Source of the DNA: Alphaproteobacteria bacterium
Lineage (GTDB): Bacteria > Pseudomonadota > Alphaproteobacteria > Bin95
Direction of reading: 5' to 3'
Assembly: GCA_965205265.1 (NCBI GenBank)
Contig: CBDBGH010000003.1
Span: 1,664,001-1,728,000, forward strand
Length of the DNA: 64,000 nucleotides
In this document: in pieces, positions 33,125 through 43,347 of the stretch
Layout: every line of letters starts with the position of its first letter
Numbering within the stretch: position 1 is the first letter of the stretch
The notes under the pieces: generated by a model
What the model saw: the letters and a program-made list of their open reading frames with translations, nothing else
Databases searched by the model: none
What the model was told of the DNA's origin: nothing
Program-made: the position numbers and the translations under genes

Positions 33125-34556
33125 TCCCGATGGGGCGGGCGGTGGCGGAGCCGCTCCACAGGAAAGCCTCCTGCCGCAACTCCCGCCCGGCGGCCAGCGC
33201 AACCAGGCCCGGCGCCGGCTTCGATCCCGTCCGCCATACGACCAGAGCACCCTCGCCGACAATGTCTTCAGCCGTGATCCACGGCGATTTGCGTTCATCC
33301 GCGTCGATGGACACGGAGGGCCTGCCGGGCGCCGCGAGCGCGATCAGCCCCGCCTCCCAGACCGGTCCGGCGACAATGCGCGGCATGGCGCCGGTTTCGC
33401 CTTCATAGGCGCGCAGCAGGCGGGCAGCGATCTCCTCTTGCGGCCAGACGACCCGCGAGGGCTTGTCCGACCGCTCGGCGCGCAGAAGAACCGACGTCGC
33501 ATAGGCCGCGGGCACCAGCGCCAGCATCACGGCAGCGAACAGGGCGACCCGCGCGAGCCTCCGGCCCTCGAACCGCCCCGGCAGCAGCGCCATCAGCAGC
33601 AGGCCGGAGAGGTTGAACATCGGCATGCCCCACATGTCTTTCAGCCCCATGCCGGTTGCCCCGGCCATCAGCGCTGCCAGAAAGGCGGGCAGAAGGCCCA
33701 TGACAAAGAGGAAGCGCCGGGCCCGCGCCTCCCCGGGGGGCAACCGTGCCGCGCCCCTGCCTATCAGGCCGGCCCCGAGCGCCATCAGCAGGAAAACGGC
33801 ATGGTCCGCCGCCTGCGTCAGCAGGAACGAGAGCGGGCCTCCCGGCCTGCCCGAGCCAGCCCGCGCCAACGCATAGTCGAGCGGCAGGAAGCCGGTTTCG
33901 ACCAGGTACTGCGCCTGCGGCGCGGCGACGGCGGCGAAGACCGCCAGCGCCGCCCAGGGGCCGATGCGGGCAAGCTGCGCGCGGGCCTGCGCATCCAGCA
34001 ATATCCAGAGGCCCGCCGCCGCCAGAAGCAGGCCGGAGGAGTATTTCGCCCAGAGCGACAGGCCGGCGAAGACGCCCAGCAGCAGCCACCAGACGATCCG
34101 CCCGCCCGCCGCCGAACGCCAGAGCGCCAGGCATGTCCACGCCCATAACGGCATCTGCATCAGGTTGTGGTTCATCTCCGGCGTCGGCCAGGAATAGTAG
34201 AAGACGCCGGTCAGCAGCAGCGTACCGGCCGCCGCCCGGCCCGGCCCCAGGAGGTCGCGACCGAGCAGATAGACGGCGGCGAAGCTCGCGATGACGCAGG
34301 CCTGTGCGAGCAGGTAAGCCGGCCAGAGCGCGCCGGAGGAGAGGAGCCGCACGGCTTCGAGCAGCAATCCCGGCAGGTTGGGGTGCTTGTAGGTCGCAAC
34401 GACGCCTTCCCGGCCCCAGACCAGCATCTCGACGACATCCAGCGGCGGCGCGCTGTGGGTCAATGCAGGCGCGAGGGTCCAGACAAGCGCCTGCGCGGCG
34501 CACAGCACGGCAACCGCGCGTCCGGGGCGCAACGGGAGTCTTTCGGAATGGATCAT
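33090..34556 (-). CDS. GT-C (GT39/ArnT/Rgt-like) membrane glycosyltransferase
   Basis: PLDVVEMLVWG, YKHPNL, LWAKYS, multiple TM helices plus a periplasmic C-terminal domain. Confidence 0.85.
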   Translation of the reverse strand: MIHSERLPLRPGRAVAVLCAAQALVWTLAPALTHSAPPLDVVEMLVWGREGVVATYKHPNLPGLLLEAVRLLSSGALWPAYLLAQACVIASFAAVYLLGRDLLGPGRAAAGTLLLTGVFYYSWPTPEMNHNLMQMPLWAWTCLALWRSAAGGRIVWWLLLGVFAGLSLWAKYSSGLLLAAAGLWILLDAQARAQLARIGPWAALAVFAAVAAPQAQYLVETGFLPLDYALARAGSGRPGGPLSFLLTQAADHAVFLLMALGAGLIGRGAARLPPGEARARRFLFVMGLLPAFLAALMAGATGMGLKDMWGMPMFNLSGLLLMALLPGRFEGRRLARVALFAAVMLALVPAAYATSVLLRAERSDKPSRVVWPQEEIAARLLRAYEGETGAMPRIVAGPVWEAGLIALAAPGRPSVSIDADERKSPWITAEDIVGEGALVVWRTGSKPAPGLVALAAGRELRQEAFLWSGSATARPIGITWTIVPPRAP

Positions 34557-34582
34557 TGCGGCGAGAACTGCGGGCGCCCGGC

Positions 34583-35056
34583 TCAGCGCCCCTGGCTTCT
34601 ATCCGGCTTGCGCTGGATCACCGGCATGAGCACGCCGGTCAGCATCGTTTCGTTGTACTGGTTCCTTGCGTGGAAGGACATGCGCATATTGCCCCGGTCC
34701 GGACGAGACGACGGCAGCAGTTCCAGCACCTGGCAGCTGACCCGGAGCGTGTCGCCCGGCCGCACGGCGCGCAGCCAGCGCAACTCGTCGATACCCTTTC
34801 CGCCCAGATTGCCCGAGCCGAACACCCGCGCCTGGACGAGCAGGCGAAAAACCACCGACAGGGTGTGGAACCCGCTCGCCACCAGGCCGCCGTAAATGCT
34901 TTCGACGGCGCGTTCCCGGTCCAGATGGAAGTATTGCGGGTCGTATTGCAGCGCGAAGTCGATAATGCTGCTTTCGGTAAAGGTGTAACCGTCCGTTTCG
35001 AAGCGCTGGCCGACCCTGAAGTCGTCGAACCAGCGCCCGGTTTCACCCGCCTCCAT
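34583..35056 (-). CDS. MaoC-family dehydratase
   Basis: YDPQYFHLD, ASGFHT, LRWLRAVRPGD. Confidence 0.9.
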   Translation of the reverse strand: MEAGETGRWFDDFRVGQRFETDGYTFTESSIIDFALQYDPQYFHLDRERAVESIYGGLVASGFHTLSVVFRLLVQARVFGSGNLGGKGIDELRWLRAVRPGDTLRVSCQVLELLPSSRPDRGNMRMSFHARNQYNETMLTGVLMPVIQRKPDRSQGR

Positions 35057-35496
35057 TACCAGGTTCCGGTGTTCTCCATCGACGCCCAGGGTTCGGCCGG
35101 GTCGCGCGGGCCGCCCGCCTGCAGCAGCTCGATGGAAATCCCGTCGGGGGAGCGGATGAAGGCCATATAGCCGTCCCGCGGCGGACGGTTGACGGTCACG
35201 CCGGCTTCGGAGAGGGATTGGCAGAGGCCGTAGATGTCATCGACCTCGAAGGCGAGATGGCCGAAATTCCGTCCCCCCTTGTAGTCCTCGGGGTCCCAGT
35301 TGTAGGTGAGTTCCAGAACCGGCGCCTTCGCATCGCGGGCCACCGCCTCGTCCGCCGATGCAGCGAGGAAGATGTTGGTGTAGCGGCCCTTTTCGCTTTC
35401 GGTGCGCCGGGTTTCGACCATACCCAGCAGGCCGCAATAGAAAGCGAGCGACTTGTCGAGGTCCGAAACGCGGACCATGGTGTGCAGGTAGCGCAT
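35056..35496 (-). CDS. gloA: Lactoylglutathione lyase (glyoxalase I)
   Basis: MRYLHTMVRV, LELTYNW, FGHLA, NRPPRDG, ISIEL. Confidence 0.92.
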   Translation of the reverse strand: MRYLHTMVRVSDLDKSLAFYCGLLGMVETRRTESEKGRYTNIFLAASADEAVARDAKAPVLELTYNWDPEDYKGGRNFGHLAFEVDDIYGLCQSLSEAGVTVNRPPRDGYMAFIRSPDGISIELLQAGGPRDPAEPWASMENTGTW

Positions 35497-35546
35497 GGCT
35501 GGATTTCTCCTGGATTGGAACGGGCCGGCGGCAGAATAGGCGCGGC

Positions 35547-36323
35547 CTAGCGCCCTTGGAAGACCGGCGCCCGTTTCTCCATGAAGGCCGTGCGGCCCTC
35601 GCGGTAGTCCTCGCTTTCCGAAGCCCGCATCTGGAGAGCGCGGTATCCCGCTTCGGTTTCCTCCATCCGGCCCGCTGCGATGGCGTTCAGGCCTATCTTG
35701 GCGCCCATGAGGGAGAGCGGCGCGTTGCCTGCAATGGACTCCGCGAATTCGATTGCCGCCTCCACCGGGTCCCAGTCCACCAGCATGTCCACCAGGCCCA
35801 TCTGCGCCGCCTCTTCGGCCGTGAAACGTTTTGCGGTGTACATGATCTTCTTGGCGTTGGTCACGCCGACGATACTGGCAAGCTTCTGCAGCCCGTCCAT
35901 GCCGTAAATGATGGAGAGCCGCGCCGCCGGGATGCCGAATTGCCCGCTGCGGTCCGAAACCCGAAAGTCCGCGCAGACGATGAGGCCGCATCCCCCGCCG
36001 ACCGCATAGCCGCGAATTGCTGCGATGACGGGCTTGGAAAGTTCGGCGATAGAATGCTCGGCGAAGACCACCTGCCGTCCGTAATCCGCCGCCTGCTCCG
36101 CATCGCCGCGCACTTCGGCGAACTCCGAAATGTCAGCCCCGGTGCAGAAATTGTCGCCGGCCCCGGTGAGCACAACGGCGCGCACGTCCTTGTCCTCATC
36201 GAGTTCGGTGAACAGCCGGCCGAGTTCGGTCCACATAGCCTTGGTGCAGCAGTTCTTCTTCTCCGGCCGGTCGATCGTGACCACCGCGACCTGACCCCGC
36301 CGGCGAAGCTTGATCTCGTCCAT
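35547..36323 (-). CDS. Enoyl-CoA hydratase/isomerase
   Basis: FCTGADISEF, KPVIAAIRGYAVGGG, EGRTAFMEKR. Confidence 0.9.
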   Translation of the reverse strand: MDEIKLRRRGQVAVVTIDRPEKKNCCTKAMWTELGRLFTELDEDKDVRAVVLTGAGDNFCTGADISEFAEVRGDAEQAADYGRQVVFAEHSIAELSKPVIAAIRGYAVGGGCGLIVCADFRVSDRSGQFGIPAARLSIIYGMDGLQKLASIVGVTNAKKIMYTAKRFTAEEAAQMGLVDMLVDWDPVEAAIEFAESIAGNAPLSLMGAKIGLNAIAAGRMEETEAGYRALQMRASESEDYREGRTAFMEKRAPVFQGR

Positions 36324-36437
36324 GGACCTCTTTTCTCCCTGTCGTCCGCCCCCGTTATGCCGCGCCGGCGCCGCCCTTGCCAAGAGAAACCGGTTGGCGA
36401 GAATGGCCGCAGGTTTCCCAAGGGGAGGAAGAGCGCC

Positions 36438-37610
36438 ATGGCCGGGGCACTGGAAGGGCTTAGAGTCATCGACTTTACCACCAATCTTTCGGGGCCCTAT
36501 TGCGCGATGCTGCTCGCCGACCAGGGCGCCGATGTCATCAAGGTGGAGCGTCCCGAAGGCGAAGCGATGCGCCAGACGCCGCCCTTCGTAGCCGGCGAGA
36601 GCGCGCCCTTCATGCTCTGGAACCGCAACAAGCGCTCCGTCACGCTCGATCTCAAGACCGACGACGGATTCCAGGCCGCGTGGGACCTTTGCATCTCGGC
36701 CGATATCGTGGTCGAGAACTTCCGGCCCGGCGTCATGGCGCGGCTCGGCCTCGGCTATGAGGTGCTCGCCGCGGAGAACCCCGGCCTGGTGATGACCTCG
36801 ATCTCCGGCTTCGGGCAGGACGGGCCCTATGGCACACGCGGCGGTTTCGACCTGATTACCCAGGCCATGTCCGGCCTCGCCGCGATCAACGGCCCGGAGG
36901 ACGGTCCGCCCTTCCGCCTGCCGATCGCCATTTCCGATGTCGGCGCCGGCATGTTCGGGGCCTACGCCACCATGGTCGCCATTCACGGCCGCACGCAGAC
37001 CGGCAAGGGCCAGCATGTCGATGTGTCGCTTTACGAGAGCGCCATGTCGTTCTGCGTCTATGAGGCGGCAGCCTATTTCGCGACCGGAAAGACGCCGGAG
37101 CGCATCGGGCAGCGCCACCGCGGCAGTTCCCCCTACCAGATCCTGAAGGCGAAAGACGGCTATCTCGCGGTCGGCGGCGCGCAGCAGAATCTCTGGTTCC
37201 GCATCTGCGACGTGCTCGGCCGCCCCGATCTGACGGACGATCCGCGCTTCCGGACGCGCGCCGACCGGGTGGCGAACAACGATGAACTGATCGAGATCTT
37301 CGAGAAAGTCATGCAGACCCGCACCCGCGACGAATGGCTGGCCGAGCTCGAGGAGGTGGGCGTGCCGGCAGGCCCGGTGATGGACCATGGCGAGGTGTTC
37401 ACCGACCCGCACACGCTCGCCCGCGACATGGTCGTCGAACTGGACCATCCGACGGTGGGGAAAATGAACACCATCGGCACGCCGGTGAAGCTCGCCGCGA
37501 CGCCCGGCGCCGTCGCCCGTCCGGCGCCGCTCCTGGGTGAACACACCGAGGAGGTCCTGGCCGAACTCGCCGCCCGCAAGCAGCCGCCGCTCGCCGCCGC
37601 GGAGGAATAG
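36438..37610 (+). CDS. CaiB/BaiF family III CoA-transferase
   Basis: GADVIKVE, NRNKRSV, ENFRPG, GFDLITQAMSG. Confidence 0.92.
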   Translation: MAGALEGLRVIDFTTNLSGPYCAMLLADQGADVIKVERPEGEAMRQTPPFVAGESAPFMLWNRNKRSVTLDLKTDDGFQAAWDLCISADIVVENFRPGVMARLGLGYEVLAAENPGLVMTSISGFGQDGPYGTRGGFDLITQAMSGLAAINGPEDGPPFRLPIAISDVGAGMFGAYATMVAIHGRTQTGKGQHVDVSLYESAMSFCVYEAAAYFATGKTPERIGQRHRGSSPYQILKAKDGYLAVGGAQQNLWFRICDVLGRPDLTDDPRFRTRADRVANNDELIEIFEKVMQTRTRDEWLAELEEVGVPAGPVMDHGEVFTDPHTLARDMVVELDHPTVGKMNTIGTPVKLAATPGAVARPAPLLGEHTEEVLAELAARKQPPLAAAEE

Positions 37611-37663
37611 CCCTCCCGTTCTCGACAGGCAGCGCGGAAAGGGATAAATCTCGCATCCCGGTG

Positions 37664-37739
<76 letters not shown>

Positions 37740-37775
37740 CCCATCGAAATCGGACCGGTCAGGCGGGAGGCACCC

Positions 37776-38942
37776 ATGGCGCTCAAGGACAGTGTGGACG
37801 GAATCCTGGAGGCTGCGGTTTCGAGGGGCGATGTCCCCGGCGTCGTGGCTGCGGCGACGACGGCTGAGGGGACCGTCTATGAAGGCGGGTTCGGCGAACG
37901 GGCGGTCGGCAGCGGCGCGGCCATGACGCCCGACACGGTCGGCTGGATCGCCTCCATGACCAAGGCCGTGACCGGCGCGGCTGCCATGCAGCTGGTCGAG
38001 CAGGGAAAGCTGGAGCTCGACGGGCCGGCCAGCGCGGTCATCCCGTATCTCGGCGAAGTCGGGGTGCTGGAGGGCTTCGACGATGACGGCCAGCCGAAAA
38101 TGCGCCCGCCCAAGCGGCCGATCACGCTGCGCCACCTGCTGACCCATACCTCCGGCTATGTGTACGAGATCTGGAATACGGACATCCTGGCCTACCAGGA
38201 GGCGAAGGGCATTCCGCAGATCACGAGCTGCGAGAACGCCGCGCTGACGACGCCGCTCTTGTTCGATCCGGGCGAGCGGTGGGACTACGGCATCGGCATC
38301 GACTGGGCCGGCAAGATGGTCGAGGCGGTGAGCGGACAGCGGCTCGGGCAATACATGAAGGAGAACATCTTCGACCCGCTCGGCATGGGCGACACCGCCT
38401 TCAGGGTCTCACCTGCGATGCAGGAGCGGCTGGCGACAGTCCATGTGCGCGGCGAGGACGGCGCCTGGGCTCCGATGGAGTTCATGGTCGAGCAGGACCC
38501 CGAGTTCGAGATGGGCGGCGGCGGCCTCTACTCCACCGTCGGGGACTATCTCAAATTCATCCGCATGATCCTGAGCAGGGGTGCGGCGAACGGCCACCGC
38601 GTGCTGAGGCCTGAGACCGTGGAGGCCATGTCCGTCAACAGCATCGGCGACAACCGCGTCGTCAATCTCGCGACCGCCATGCCGCCCTACTCCAACGATG
38701 CCGAGTTCTTCCCCGGCATGGAGAAGACCTGGGGCCTGACCTTCATGATCAACAATGAGGTGGCGCCGACCGGCCGGACGGCCGGCAGCCTCGCCTGGGC
38801 CGGCCTCGCCAACTCCTATTTCTGGATCGACCCGGCCAAAGGCATCGGCGGCGCCTACATCACCCAGGTCCTGCCCTTCGCCGACGAGAAGTCGCTCCCC
38901 CTCTACCTCGACTTCGAGACGGCGGTTTACCGGAGCCTGTAG
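37776..38942 (+). CDS. Beta-lactamase-family serine hydrolase (family VIII esterase)
   Basis: SMTK (SxxK), LLTHTSG, PGERWDYG, WAG. Confidence 0.9.
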   Translation: MALKDSVDGILEAAVSRGDVPGVVAAATTAEGTVYEGGFGERAVGSGAAMTPDTVGWIASMTKAVTGAAAMQLVEQGKLELDGPASAVIPYLGEVGVLEGFDDDGQPKMRPPKRPITLRHLLTHTSGYVYEIWNTDILAYQEAKGIPQITSCENAALTTPLLFDPGERWDYGIGIDWAGKMVEAVSGQRLGQYMKENIFDPLGMGDTAFRVSPAMQERLATVHVRGEDGAWAPMEFMVEQDPEFEMGGGGLYSTVGDYLKFIRMILSRGAANGHRVLRPETVEAMSVNSIGDNRVVNLATAMPPYSNDAEFFPGMEKTWGLTFMINNEVAPTGRTAGSLAWAGLANSYFWIDPAKGIGGAYITQVLPFADEKSLPLYLDFETAVYRSL

Positions 38943-38950
38943 CCGCGCAG

Positions 38951-40558
38951 CTACGCGGTCTCCGCCGCATAGTCCTCCACCAGCTGGAACTTCCGGATCT
39001 TTCCGGAGCCGGTCAGGGGGAAGGCGGGGACCTCGCGCCAGACGACGGGCGTTTTCTGCGGCGAGAGGCGGGCGCGGCAGTGGCGGCGGAGTTCCTGCGG
39101 GTCCATCTCCCGGCCGGGCTCCATGCGCACGAAGCAGGCGACGATCTCGCCCCATCTCTCGTCCGGCAGGCCGACCACGGCCACCTCCGCCACATCGGGA
39201 TGCTCCAGCAGCGTGTTCTCGATCTCCGCCGGGAAGAGGTTCTCGCCGCCCCGGATAATCATCTCCTTCACCCGCCCGGTGATGCGCAGATAGCCCTGCC
39301 GGTCGAGCGTGCCGAGATCGCCGGTGTGCAGCCAGCCGTCCGCGTCGATGGCGTCCGCCGTGGCCGAAGGGTTGTCGTGGTAGCCGATCATCACGCAATA
39401 GCCGCGCGTGCATATTTCGCCGACCTCGCCGACCGGAACCACGCGGTTCTCGCCGTCCACGCTGCGGATCGAGACCTCCGTCTGCGGCATGGGGAGGCCG
39501 GTCGTATTGCAGACGATCTCCAGGCTCTCGCCCATATGATGCTGGGTGACGAGGGGCGAGGCCTCGGTCTGTCCATAGACTGTCTGGAAGGCGCAGCCGA
39601 ACCGCCCGGTCACATTGCGCACCAGTTCCGGAGCGACCATCGATCCGCCCGAAATGGCGATTTCCACCGACGAGACATCGAACGGCTCCTGGTCCAGGCA
39701 CTCCATCATCGCGACCAGCATGGTCGGCACGCCGAGAAGCGCCGTCACCTTCTCGCGCTCCATCAGGCGGAGGATGGCGGCCGGGTCGAACAGCTTGATG
39801 AGATACATCGCGCAGCCGGCCTGGAGCGCGCCGAGCGTAATCAGGCCGCAGCCGCTGGTGTGGAACATCGGCATGAAGTTCGCCCAGACCGAGTCCGGCC
39901 GGGTGCCCGCGCGGGCAGCACAGTAGCGCGCGTTGTTGGTGAGCGAACGGTGCGACAGCACGGCCCCCTTGGGAAAGCCGGTCGTGCCGGAGGTGTATTG
40001 AATTTGCGCCGCATCGTCCGGGGTGACCTCAGGCAGTTCCGCCGGCCGGTCTCCGATCCGGTAGAGCGCTCCACGGTCGTCCAGATCGACGATTTCCCGC
40101 ACCGCCGCAAGGCCGTCGCAAGCGGCAACGGCGATCTCCGCCATCGGATTGCCCCGGTAGCTCTCCACCGAGAACAGCGCCGAGGCGCCCGACTGCTCCA
40201 GCACATAGCGCAGCTCAGCCGCCTGGTAGGAGGGGTTGGCCGTCACCAGGATGAGGCCGGCGAACCCGCAGGCATATTCCATCAGCACCCATTCCGGCAC
40301 GTTCGGCGCCCAGACCACGAGGCGTTCGCCCGGCGCGAAGCGCGACGCCAGCGCCTTCCCGAGCCGTTCGCTGTCCGCCAGCAGTTCCGCATAGGTCCAG
40401 CGCCGCCCGTTCTCTCCGTCGAGGTTCACCTCCACCAGCGCCGTGCAGTCGCCGCGCCTGGCCGCCATGTCGCGCAGCTGGCCGCCAACCGTCGTCTCCA
40501 GCACCACATCGTCGGTCTGGGCGGGAATGTAGGATTCGGTAAGGTCGAAGCGGTACAT
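38951..40558 (-). CDS. AMP-binding acyl-CoA synthetase
   Basis: YTSGTTGFPKG, YGQTE, HTGDLG, SGKIRK. Confidence 0.93.
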   Translation of the reverse strand: MYRFDLTESYIPAQTDDVVLETTVGGQLRDMAARRGDCTALVEVNLDGENGRRWTYAELLADSERLGKALASRFAPGERLVVWAPNVPEWVLMEYACGFAGLILVTANPSYQAAELRYVLEQSGASALFSVESYRGNPMAEIAVAACDGLAAVREIVDLDDRGALYRIGDRPAELPEVTPDDAAQIQYTSGTTGFPKGAVLSHRSLTNNARYCAARAGTRPDSVWANFMPMFHTSGCGLITLGALQAGCAMYLIKLFDPAAILRLMEREKVTALLGVPTMLVAMMECLDQEPFDVSSVEIAISGGSMVAPELVRNVTGRFGCAFQTVYGQTEASPLVTQHHMGESLEIVCNTTGLPMPQTEVSIRSVDGENRVVPVGEVGEICTRGYCVMIGYHDNPSATADAIDADGWLHTGDLGTLDRQGYLRITGRVKEMIIRGGENLFPAEIENTLLEHPDVAEVAVVGLPDERWGEIVACFVRMEPGREMDPQELRRHCRARLSPQKTPVVWREVPAFPLTGSGKIRKFQLVEDYAAETA

Positions 40559-40599
40559 GGCGGTCGTTCCCAGGAAAGGCGTTTATATCGTTGGCGTCC

Positions 40600-40899
40600 T
40601 CAAGCTGCGAAACCGGCTGTTCCGACCTCGCGTTCCAGCCGGCCTCCAAGCAGCCGGCGCGCTTCCTCCAGATCGTAGTCAGCCTGCAGGCCGAGCCAGA
40701 AGCGCTCCGAAGTGCCGAAATAACGGGCCAGCCGCAGCGCCGTATCGGCGGTGACGCGGCGTTTGCCATGCACGATTTCGTTCAGGCGGCGCGGCGGCAC
40801 GCTCATTTCCCGCGCCGCCCGGTTCTGGCTGAGGCGCAACGGTTCGAGAAATTCCTTCAACAGGACTTCTCCGGGGTGGACGTTCGGAAGCCGCTTCAT
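40600..40899 (-). CDS. higA: HigA-family antitoxin (orphan)
   Basis: HPGEVLLKEFL, TADTALRLARYFGTSERFWLGLQ. Confidence 0.9.
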   Translation of the reverse strand: MKRLPNVHPGEVLLKEFLEPLRLSQNRAAREMSVPPRRLNEIVHGKRRVTADTALRLARYFGTSERFWLGLQADYDLEEARRLLGGRLEREVGTAGFAA

Positions 40900-40933
40900 C
40901 GGAAGAAAGCCTCCCTCGAAACTTACTGGCGCA

Positions 40934-41359
40934 TCAGCATTTTGCCATCCTTGCCTCCACCGTCACCAGACCCGCCGGGGGATCGACGATGACGCGGTCG
41001 CCGGTGGCGATCAGGCGGGTGATGTCGCCGTCCTCGAAGCGGTCGCAGAGCGCCATGCCGGCAAAGGCCGCGCCCTGCGCCAGTATGGTGTTGGCGGCAT
41101 TGAACAGGATCGCCTTCGGCGCGAGCCCACGTTCCTTCATCTCGCGCAGCATCCAGGCGGACGCGACCCCGCCCTTGGCCGTGTTCAGCACCAGCACCCT
41201 GTCCACATAGGAGAGCCCGGCGAGCCTGTGCCCCGGCCGGGAGAAGGTGCCGGCGAGCCGGTCCAAGTCGTAGCGGGCGGAGAAATCGTCCGACGCGACC
41301 AGCGCTTCGCCTTCGACTTTCGGCCCGATGCCGGGATGGCAGCGCAGGCGGAGCGTCAC
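40934..41359 (-). CDS. Aconitase X swivel subunit (DUF126)
   Basis: GTG start overlaps the upstream stop (GTGA); VEGEALV, KGG, PKAI, VIVD. Confidence 0.8.
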   Translation of the reverse strand: MTLRLRCHPGIGPKVEGEALVASDDFSARYDLDRLAGTFSRPGHRLAGLSYVDRVLVLNTAKGGVASAWMLREMKERGLAPKAILFNAANTILAQGAAFAGMALCDRFEDGDITRLIATGDRVIVDPPAGLVTVEARMAKC

Positions 41360-42600
41360 GGGATGCGCCCCGTCTCGGCGGCCGTCACGCAGTCCTCCAT
41401 GCCGACGAGCGCCGGCCGGTAGCCGTAGCCGCCCAGGATGTTGACGATCTTGACCGAATTGCTGAGCAGTCGGGTCCAACCGTTCGCCTCGCCGATCTCG
41501 CGCGCATACTGGTTGTAGAAGCATGTGCCGCGCAGCACGACCGCGCCCGAGGCCTCGATCCGCGCGACGATGCCGAGCCGTTCGCAATCGGCCGCCACCG
41601 TCGGCGAGGTGCACACGATCAGCGCCGTCCGCTCATGCACCCGGCGGCCCTCCAGCAGCTCCGCGACCCGCGCCATCTCCACATGGCTGAGCTGCGGCGC
41701 GGCGAAGACGACCACATCCACCTCGTCGCCGCTCGCGCCGAAATTGCCCCGTAGCCCCTCCAGGTCCTTCCTGCCGATCTCCACCGGCTCCGGCGGCGGA
41801 CCGTCGCATACCGCTTCAAGGTCCGGCGCCTCCGGCGTCACGCCGACGATGTGGAACAGCGGAGTCGAGCCGAAGCTCGCCATGGCGGCGCCGAAATGCT
41901 TCATCTCGTCGGAGGTCGGCGCGCCCTCGATGCCTTCCAGCACCGGCACCTCCCAGTAGGAGCCGCAGAGCCGGCCGATCAACCCGCCGAGCACGCCCCA
42001 ATCCGTCAGCCCCTCCGGTCGTTCCGAGACGATGAAGCGCCTCGTCGCGCGCCGGTTGCGGTCGAGATGCAGGCCGTAGCGCGGCGTCCGCCCGGTGAAG
42101 CCGGCCGCCAGGGCCGAGGGGCCGCCCTCGAAATTGGAGCGCGCGCCCAGCACGCTGTTGCAGTAGATCACCACGCCGGTGTCGCCATAGGCGACATGCT
42201 CGCCCCGCACAGGCGGCATGATCGTCTGGTAGGTGACGCAACTGTCGGTCATCAATATGCCGAGCGCCGTGCAGGCGGCGATCGTGCGGCGTTCGAGCGC
42301 CGCCATTTCTTCCGTCTGGCCGAGCGGGCGGTAATGGGAAAGGTCCACGCCGCGGGGGTCGGTCAGCATCGGCACGGCAACGCGGCGCTCCGCTTCGGGA
42401 TGAGCCGCAAGCCCTTCCAGGAACGCCACGCCGGCCTCACCCAGCGATTCCGTGTCCGCCATCATGTGCGCCTGGGCGACGGGCACGAAGTCTTCCGCAT
42501 CGAACATGCGGCCGACCTCGACCATGTGTTCCACCGCCCAGCGCCGGGGCTCGCCCATCTCTCCGGCCAGCATGGCCCTCTCTTCGTCGTTCAGCCTCAC
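41356..42600 (-). CDS. Aconitase X large subunit (DUF521)
   Basis: MRLNDEERAMLAGE, NSVLGARSNFEGG, GRTPRYGLH, FHIVGVTPEA, NSVK. Confidence 0.88.
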   Translation of the reverse strand: MRLNDEERAMLAGEMGEPRRWAVEHMVEVGRMFDAEDFVPVAQAHMMADTESLGEAGVAFLEGLAAHPEAERRVAVPMLTDPRGVDLSHYRPLGQTEEMAALERRTIAACTALGILMTDSCVTYQTIMPPVRGEHVAYGDTGVVIYCNSVLGARSNFEGGPSALAAGFTGRTPRYGLHLDRNRRATRRFIVSERPEGLTDWGVLGGLIGRLCGSYWEVPVLEGIEGAPTSDEMKHFGAAMASFGSTPLFHIVGVTPEAPDLEAVCDGPPPEPVEIGRKDLEGLRGNFGASGDEVDVVVFAAPQLSHVEMARVAELLEGRRVHERTALIVCTSPTVAADCERLGIVARIEASGAVVLRGTCFYNQYAREIGEANGWTRLLSNSVKIVNILGGYGYRPALVGMEDCVTAAETGRIP

Positions 42601-42787
42601 GGATCGAACAGCCCCCTTCCGACACGCGCCGACCTTACATGCCGGGCCCGCAAGGCACTACCGTTATCCGGACGCGGAACCGCTCGTCCGGCAGCGATTC
42701 CCGGCTCCCGAGCCTGCCCAATGCCCGGAACGGCGTCGCATCGCCTCCTGCGGCAGGGTGCTGGAAAAGAGGTTCCGCAACACACAG

Positions 42788-43168
42788 CTACTTCGCCCGG
42801 CCCCTCCGGTCCAGCGCGAATGCGGCGATCCAGGCCGGCAGGCTCAGCAGGGCCGCCGCAACCGCAATCGCCGGCAGGCCGAGCAGCCCTGCGAACAACG
42901 CCGCCACTGTTGTAGCTGCGCCCAGCGCTATCCCAGCTGCCGAAGCAGCGGCGCGATAGCCGAGACGCCAGAGACGCCGGCAGGCCAGAGCCAGAGGCAG
43001 GCCGCAAACCGTTACCGGTGCCAGAGACAACAGCGCGCCGCCGAGGCCGGCACCTGCCAGCAGCCCGTCCCCGAACCGAATTACGGCCGTCACCGCAATT
43101 CCCGCCGGCAACCAGAGCAGCGCCGGAACCCAGAAGCCGAACGGCACAATGCGTCTTCGGTCGTTCAT
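42788..43168 (-). CDS. Hypothetical membrane protein (about 4 TM)
   Basis: Almost entirely hydrophobic 126-aa ORF filling an intergenic gap. Confidence 0.55.
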   Translation of the reverse strand: MNDRRRIVPFGFWVPALLWLPAGIAVTAVIRFGDGLLAGAGLGGALLSLAPVTVCGLPLALACRRLWRLGYRAAASAAGIALGAATTVAALFAGLLGLPAIAVAAALLSLPAWIAAFALDRRGRAK

Positions 43169-43347
43169 GCGCTATTCGAGCGCGAAGGGCCGGACCAATG
43201 CCAGCGGCACCGGTATGCGACTCACGAAGAATGCCGCCCCGGCCCCGGCTTCCCCGCTGCCGGGAAAGGTTCCGGATCGCCCCGGATCGGGGTCCGTGAC
43301 AAGCTGCTGGCGCGCCGTCCGGGACGATGGAAGAGGCTTATCGGTTC

